Below the pieces are notes generated by a model. That model saw nothing but the letters and a program-made list of their open reading frames with translations, had not been told where the DNA came from and searched no databases. Made by a program: the position numbers and the translations under genes. Shown here piece after piece: positions 59,085 to 64,000 of a stretch of 64,000 nucleotides of DNA; within the stretch, counting starts at the first letter, position 1; every line of letters begins with the position of its first letter. This DNA comes from Catajapyx aquilonaris (Eukaryota), in assembly GCA_000934665.2 (NCBI GenBank), contig KZ538020.1, positions 62,001-126,000 of the forward strand, written 5' to 3'.

Positions 59085-62000
59085 AATATAGGTTCATCCT
59101 ACCATCCACCAGAGGCGCTGCCGCCGCCATTGCGCAGGCGCAGAATGGGGGCAATCAGAATCATTCAACGAAGGGTTATGTTACAGGGAGTACGTGCATG
59201 TATCATTATCTACCAAATTTTTCTCGCTTGTGTACAGTATATACAAATATGGAAGAGATCTTCCGTTACAAAAAGGGTGCTGCAGACACGCTAAAATCAA
59301 ATTACGAACCGCTGTCAATCTCGCCAAATATCCGGCCATTAAGAGCGGGAAAAAGGATTGCGTGGCTGCGGTTACGTGGTCGCTTCCTCTTGCAGCCACC
59401 TCGCCTACTATACTTTTTTTTTTGTAGGTCCTTTTCTCTTATTCGTAGCGGATGGAACATTCGGTCAATTGTGAGGGCTTGAGTCTGTGAATGTGCCAGC
59501 TGTAGCGGCCTAAAAAAAACTGGATTGAAAAATTGGACTTTGCAGACTAGTAGTATAGTAGTACTCGTCGTAGTAAAATTGTTACATACAAAATATATCA
59601 TTCAAACGTCGATAGGATGGCTTCTCGTCTGAACAGCCTTTGCTTTGATTATTTCCACCTTTTTTATAGCCAGCCGCACGTTTATCACGGCTCAAACAAG
59701 ACGGTAACAGTAGTTTGATATTTACGAAGAGGGGTTTTGATTTGCTTGAAAGCTGATCGTAAATTGCTACTTTCAGGCCGAGAACACTCGCTCCCCAAAC
59801 ATAAAACTCAATACTTTACAAATCCAATCTTTCTGGAGACTTGTTCAGATAGCACTAAGCTGTCATTTAGGCCTATTTACGAAGGTCGACGCTGACTGAA
59901 TCAATATTTCAGTATCCTATCCCCCGATTCAGAGATGTGTTTTTTTTAAGGGGAGGAAGAGGCGCGATTGATGCCTAGGGCGGATAAGGCTTATCAGTCA
60001 GAAAAATATTGTCCATTTGTTATCGTTACCCGTTGCTTTTATGCAGTTGTTCTCCCGAGAACTGTCTTTGGAGGGAAAATGCTCATGCAATTCCTCTCCT
60101 CCTCCTTCCCTATCGCTACGTCTACATCTAACATTCATCACTCAGTTCGGGAACAATAAATAAGAAAGGGCTACTGCTCCGCCGAATGTATTCCGGGCGA
60201 TTGCTTGTGTGCTGTCTAAACTGCGTCGTTATTTATCTGATCAATAATTTCTTCGATACGGCCATGAATTTTGGCCCGATTCTTGTCGCATATTTTCTAC
60301 GTCGTCGGCTGGGAATTGGAGTGTCGCATCTGCGTCGTTGGCTATAAAAGGCTGACTGCTACAGTAATAATCGTTGCTCCCTATATGAAAAAAAAATCAA
60401 TCACAATTTAACCAACTGGTCAACTCAGAAGCTATGTTACGCCCTGATAAAATATTATGTGGCGACTTATTTATTTATTGGCTCCATAAATATTTTAGCA
60501 TATCAATATCTCTCCTAAAGAATGGATAGTTGGGGTCGAAGTTGGCACTGGTTTGCGCCTGGGTTTTATGCCACGCGGCGAAGCAAGGAGCCAAAAAGGT
60601 TGTCGACATTTCAGGATGAACGGAAGGTCATTTCAAATAAATTTATTTCAGGAATAATAATGGCGGTGTCTCAGAAGATAGTTTCCAAATATTTGACAAG
60701 TTCGAACAACTATCGAGAGAGTTCGCAACAGGAGAACCCGACATGCACCTGAATAAAAGCAACGACCCTTTCAACAACAGTCAGTGCCCGAAACAAATCC
60801 CTGGGAAAGAATCGTTCTTTTTCCACAGCATCCGCAGCAACAGCTCACCCCCCCCCCCCCAACTCGTCCGCATGTGGGTGGATGGGTGGGATAGAGGGGG
60901 AGTATAGTATAGGGTGGGAAGGGGGGGGGGGGTCACACAGGACATTTTAGGAATGTAATTAAAAACCCTGAACACAGGCGGGGACATTTACATGACACGT
61001 GTATGGAGAAACACTGTATAAAATATAGGCCCCGCTAATACGCCCGATGAGTCTGCATCGTAGAACGCGACCTATAATAGGCCGACTACAGCGGCCCGGT
61101 ACACTGTACGTGCTCATAAATTTCATCCCTGATAATGGTTTTCCATGTCCACATGATTAGTTCGCTCATAGAGACGTGAGCTATCCCAGCGCAGCCGCTA
61201 ACAAACACACGTATGCACTATATTTGGCGTCGGGACAGGCGACGAGAGTCTAGGCCCAAAGGACCGCCTCCGGATTAGGCTCTTCCGGATTCGGAATTAG
61301 CAAGGAGCAGACCCCCCTCGAGGCCTATAAACCAATCACCCTGCAAAAAGCCCCGAAGAGATAGACGCGCGGCGGATGCGTGTGTGTCACCTGCATTCTC
61401 CCGCCTAATGCCCACTGCCTGCTGCTGCTCTTCCCCCTTCCACATCCTCCTCCCACTCCCCTCTTTGCCTCCTATCAAATGGATCCCTTGGAGGTGCCAG
61501 AGGCGCAGCCCCATTTGACCACCAAGCCCTTTTATGCACTCGTTAGCTCAGCCAAGCCTAAATCACATTACCTTCAATACACTCACACATGCTCTGCACT
61601 GGATGCTTCCAAGACTATACTGCCTGGCCCTTTTCCCATACTACTCGTTTCTACGACACGCTGCCTCCTGATGCACCAGTCGGATGTCAATTGACTCCAT
61701 TCACACTTTGCATTTATTATTCAGGTGAAGAACCTTTGGCAATATCTCAGACAGCCTGCAATACAAACAATCAAAATTCCAAGTCACCTGATTGATTTCT
61801 AATGCACATCGAACAGCTGGAGGGATGACATGAAAACGTATGTCTTCAAAATAATTCATCTAATAGTATGGAGTCATAATTTTTTGATCGAATGGTGATC
61901 GAAATAGATTTCCTTATGAATTAGGCACAGTTCCTTTCTGTTTCCTCGATCAGAGCTCGTAAAATTATCCTTGTGGATCATTTTTTGGTAAATCACATAT

Positions 62001-62379
62001 TCCTTGTAGAATTCATTCATAACATACTTAATAAATAATTAAATAAATAAACCTGTATTAAATTGACTGGTAAAAAGAACCAGTTTATTAGATGTTACTT
62101 TAGTAAATCGATGGTTGACTCAGGTAAGGTGAGATAGGCCTATCATGGAGAAGTTTGGACATCCTACATGAGGTATTCCCTAATTTTTCAGCCATCACAG
62201 TATGTAATGTTTTATTAACGACTAATTTAATCTAAGCTGAGGAATAACATCATACTTTTGTAATTTTTTAAACACTTGCCTTAGATACAGTAATAGGTAT
62301 TGTCAATCTTACTTTCATCTTATTAACAGAATTAGGCATCTGCTTAAGTTTTTTCAGGCAAGTGCTTCTCAGAAAAATA

Positions 62380-62560
62380 TCACATTCAAAAGGTCAAAAA
62401 TCTTATGATCCCCGCCATTAAAAAGTAACTCCGTGAGGCAGAGTATAGCTAATGTCTAGATATTCTGGGCCATCAATACCTTCATAATTCAGTTCTGAAA
62501 TTCACTATACGGTGCTAAGGTAATATGTATGAATCCTCGTATTATTTTGCAAGATCAATG
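62380..62560 (-). mobile_element. Possible decayed LINE APE-endonuclease N-terminus
   Basis: Frame-broken QN-IRG followed by AILCLTE, matching the order of the NIRG and CLTE motifs. The surrounding sequence is AT-rich and degenerate. Confidence 0.35.
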
Positions 62561-63599
62561 AATATGTAATTATTCATAGCAATGTCAGTTACAGAGATAA
62601 TGAGACCTAAAAGAACAATCAGCCAGAGAAGTAGTGTGCAGCGAATGTGTTGTTGAATACTGTAAACCACATCCTCCGCTTAACGCATAAGTTTTCATTC
62701 TCGAAACAAGTATTTCAAATTACTTTCCCATTCCTCTTGTTATGCTTCAAGTATCCAACTTTGAACTGGGCCGCAAGTGTTTTCCTTCTATTCTGTGACA
62801 ACATTCCCCATCGTTAACTCATTTAAAAATCAGCGTCACCCTTCCCAGCAAATGGTCAAGAGAGGCTGCATAGTACGCTCGTACTTTGTGAGTGAGTGAT
62901 ACGATAGGGTTTGTTGGTAGACCCCCCCCAACCTTCTTTGGGTTGGCTGCTGAAAGGGGCCGGGGCTCCATTAAACTCCGTTTCCAATCTCTCCGCGAAC
63001 GTGTATATAGACACTATATGCCCGCAGGCTTCTCCTCTTGCTCGCCGGATAGAAGGGTGGGGAAGGGTGGGTGGGGAGGCCGAGAGAGAGGGTGGGGAGG
63101 GTTGGGAGGCAGGGGGGTGAGGGGAGAAAAAAAGGAAGCCGTCAATAATTCATTACGCTACTGAACATTACCAAAGGGCCAATAGCGATAGGGGCCCGAA
63201 TGGCAAGTTTACCCTACAATATCAGCCCGGCCCCAGATCAAACATCCCATAGAAGACCAATTGAAAAGGCATTCAGAGGTGGTGATGAAATATTAATATT
63301 CCATCAGTGCCCGCAATCCCACTAAATCTACAGCCTATATGGCAGTTATACTGTATGTATTATAGTCTCTTGTATGTATTATGGATCTGAGGTCCCGGCC
63401 CAGCCAGGCCCAAACTGCCTAGCGAAAACCCATCTCCGCTTCATCAATAAAACTTTGCCCTGGATTTCATCTTTCTAACGTCTACCCCGTGTTGGCCCCC
63501 GCCCGGATTTACAAGGGCCCGGAAACGTCTCATTTTTACCCCCCGGAATGGATTCATAAAATTGAAATTCCCTAAGAACTTGGCTATATTACAAGATCA

Positions 63600-64000
63600 G
63601 TCCAGGGTTCCTTTCACCTGGGAATGGCTATAAGGTCTGTACGGATTCTTGCCGTGTCCGGATGAAATAACACCACGGTCGTTTTTCACCTCCTGCATGA
63701 GTTATACCGGTTGTGAATTTTTTGTCGCATGTAGGCAGCAACCTGCGTGCTAACCGACGGATAAAACGTGGAAACATGATGCGAATCTTCGAATCAATTT
63801 TAAGCAGCATAATACTCCATACCCAAACATAGGAGACAAACACTCGATTAAACTGTAAGTCATACTACTGTAGTTGAAATAAGGGTCTCAAAGGTGCTCA
63901 AAGATCCTTCAAGATGCAGGCAAACTAAATAAAAATATGCCAAAGAACACAGGATTCACGAGAATCGAAACGACTTAGCAAAAAGCTTCCCCATCCGGAT
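63600..64000 (-). mobile_element. Decayed non-LTR retrotransposon fragment (R2/NeSL-like RT thumb region)
   Basis: Minus-strand peptides APLRP and LLKIDSKIR..IRRL..LP..ITHA.G resemble the PLKP.Q, L..ID..IR..VRRWL.LP and HA..GGLG pattern. Confidence 0.45.

Larger units (their letters stand above)
5198..64000 (-). other. Probable very long 5' intron (or upstream region) of the cut/CUX1-CASP gene
   Basis: I found no upstream exon resembling the CASP first exon (..WxxFDLxxLQ|GT) by eye. The region is repeat-rich and non-coding with many TAAT/ATCAAT-rich islands. A divergent or non-coding first exon could have been missed. Confidence 0.5.

Noticed and set aside
48982..59091. Poly-Ser (48982) and poly-Leu (58900) ORFs
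   Set aside because: They are translations of (AGT)n and (TAT)n microsatellites.
61700..61845. Plus-strand exon-like segment (TTATTCAG|GTGAAG..AAAC|GTATGT)
   Set aside because: It has stop codons in all three frames and no homology I recognise.
97..63843. Hundreds of 60-200 aa ORFs in the supplied track
   Set aside because: They are overlapping, low-complexity or repeat-derived, often start at non-ATG codons, and show no recognisable domains apart from the exon and TE fragments listed.

Overview
This is eukaryotic (metazoan, probably arthropod) genomic DNA, so almost all entries in the supplied ORF track are spurious. I can support one host coding exon: a 111-bp phase 0/0 minus-strand exon at 5087-5197 (EELDLQTSEVSQRQDESVVSRKELLELCRQFKKTADE). 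It matches the shared N-terminal coiled-coil exon of cut/CUX1 and CASP. I found no upstream coding exon, so most of the remaining ~59 kb is probably one very long 5' intron of that gene. On the gene's strand, inside that intron, is a strong candidate recursive-splicing (ratchet) site, TTTTTCTTTCTTTGCAG|GTGAGT at 52220/52219, followed 32 nt later by a second GTAAGT donor (a cryptic RS-exon). The intron is full of short non-autonomous DNA elements (TA-, TTA- and 8-bp-TSD MITEs), many nested in one another. It also holds two tRNA-derived SINE families, decayed LINE fragments, several near-perfect palindromes, micro/minisatellites, and clusters of candidate CUX (ATCRAT), Su(H) and CTCF motifs. Protein and repeat-family similarities come from my recollection of the families, not from database searches.
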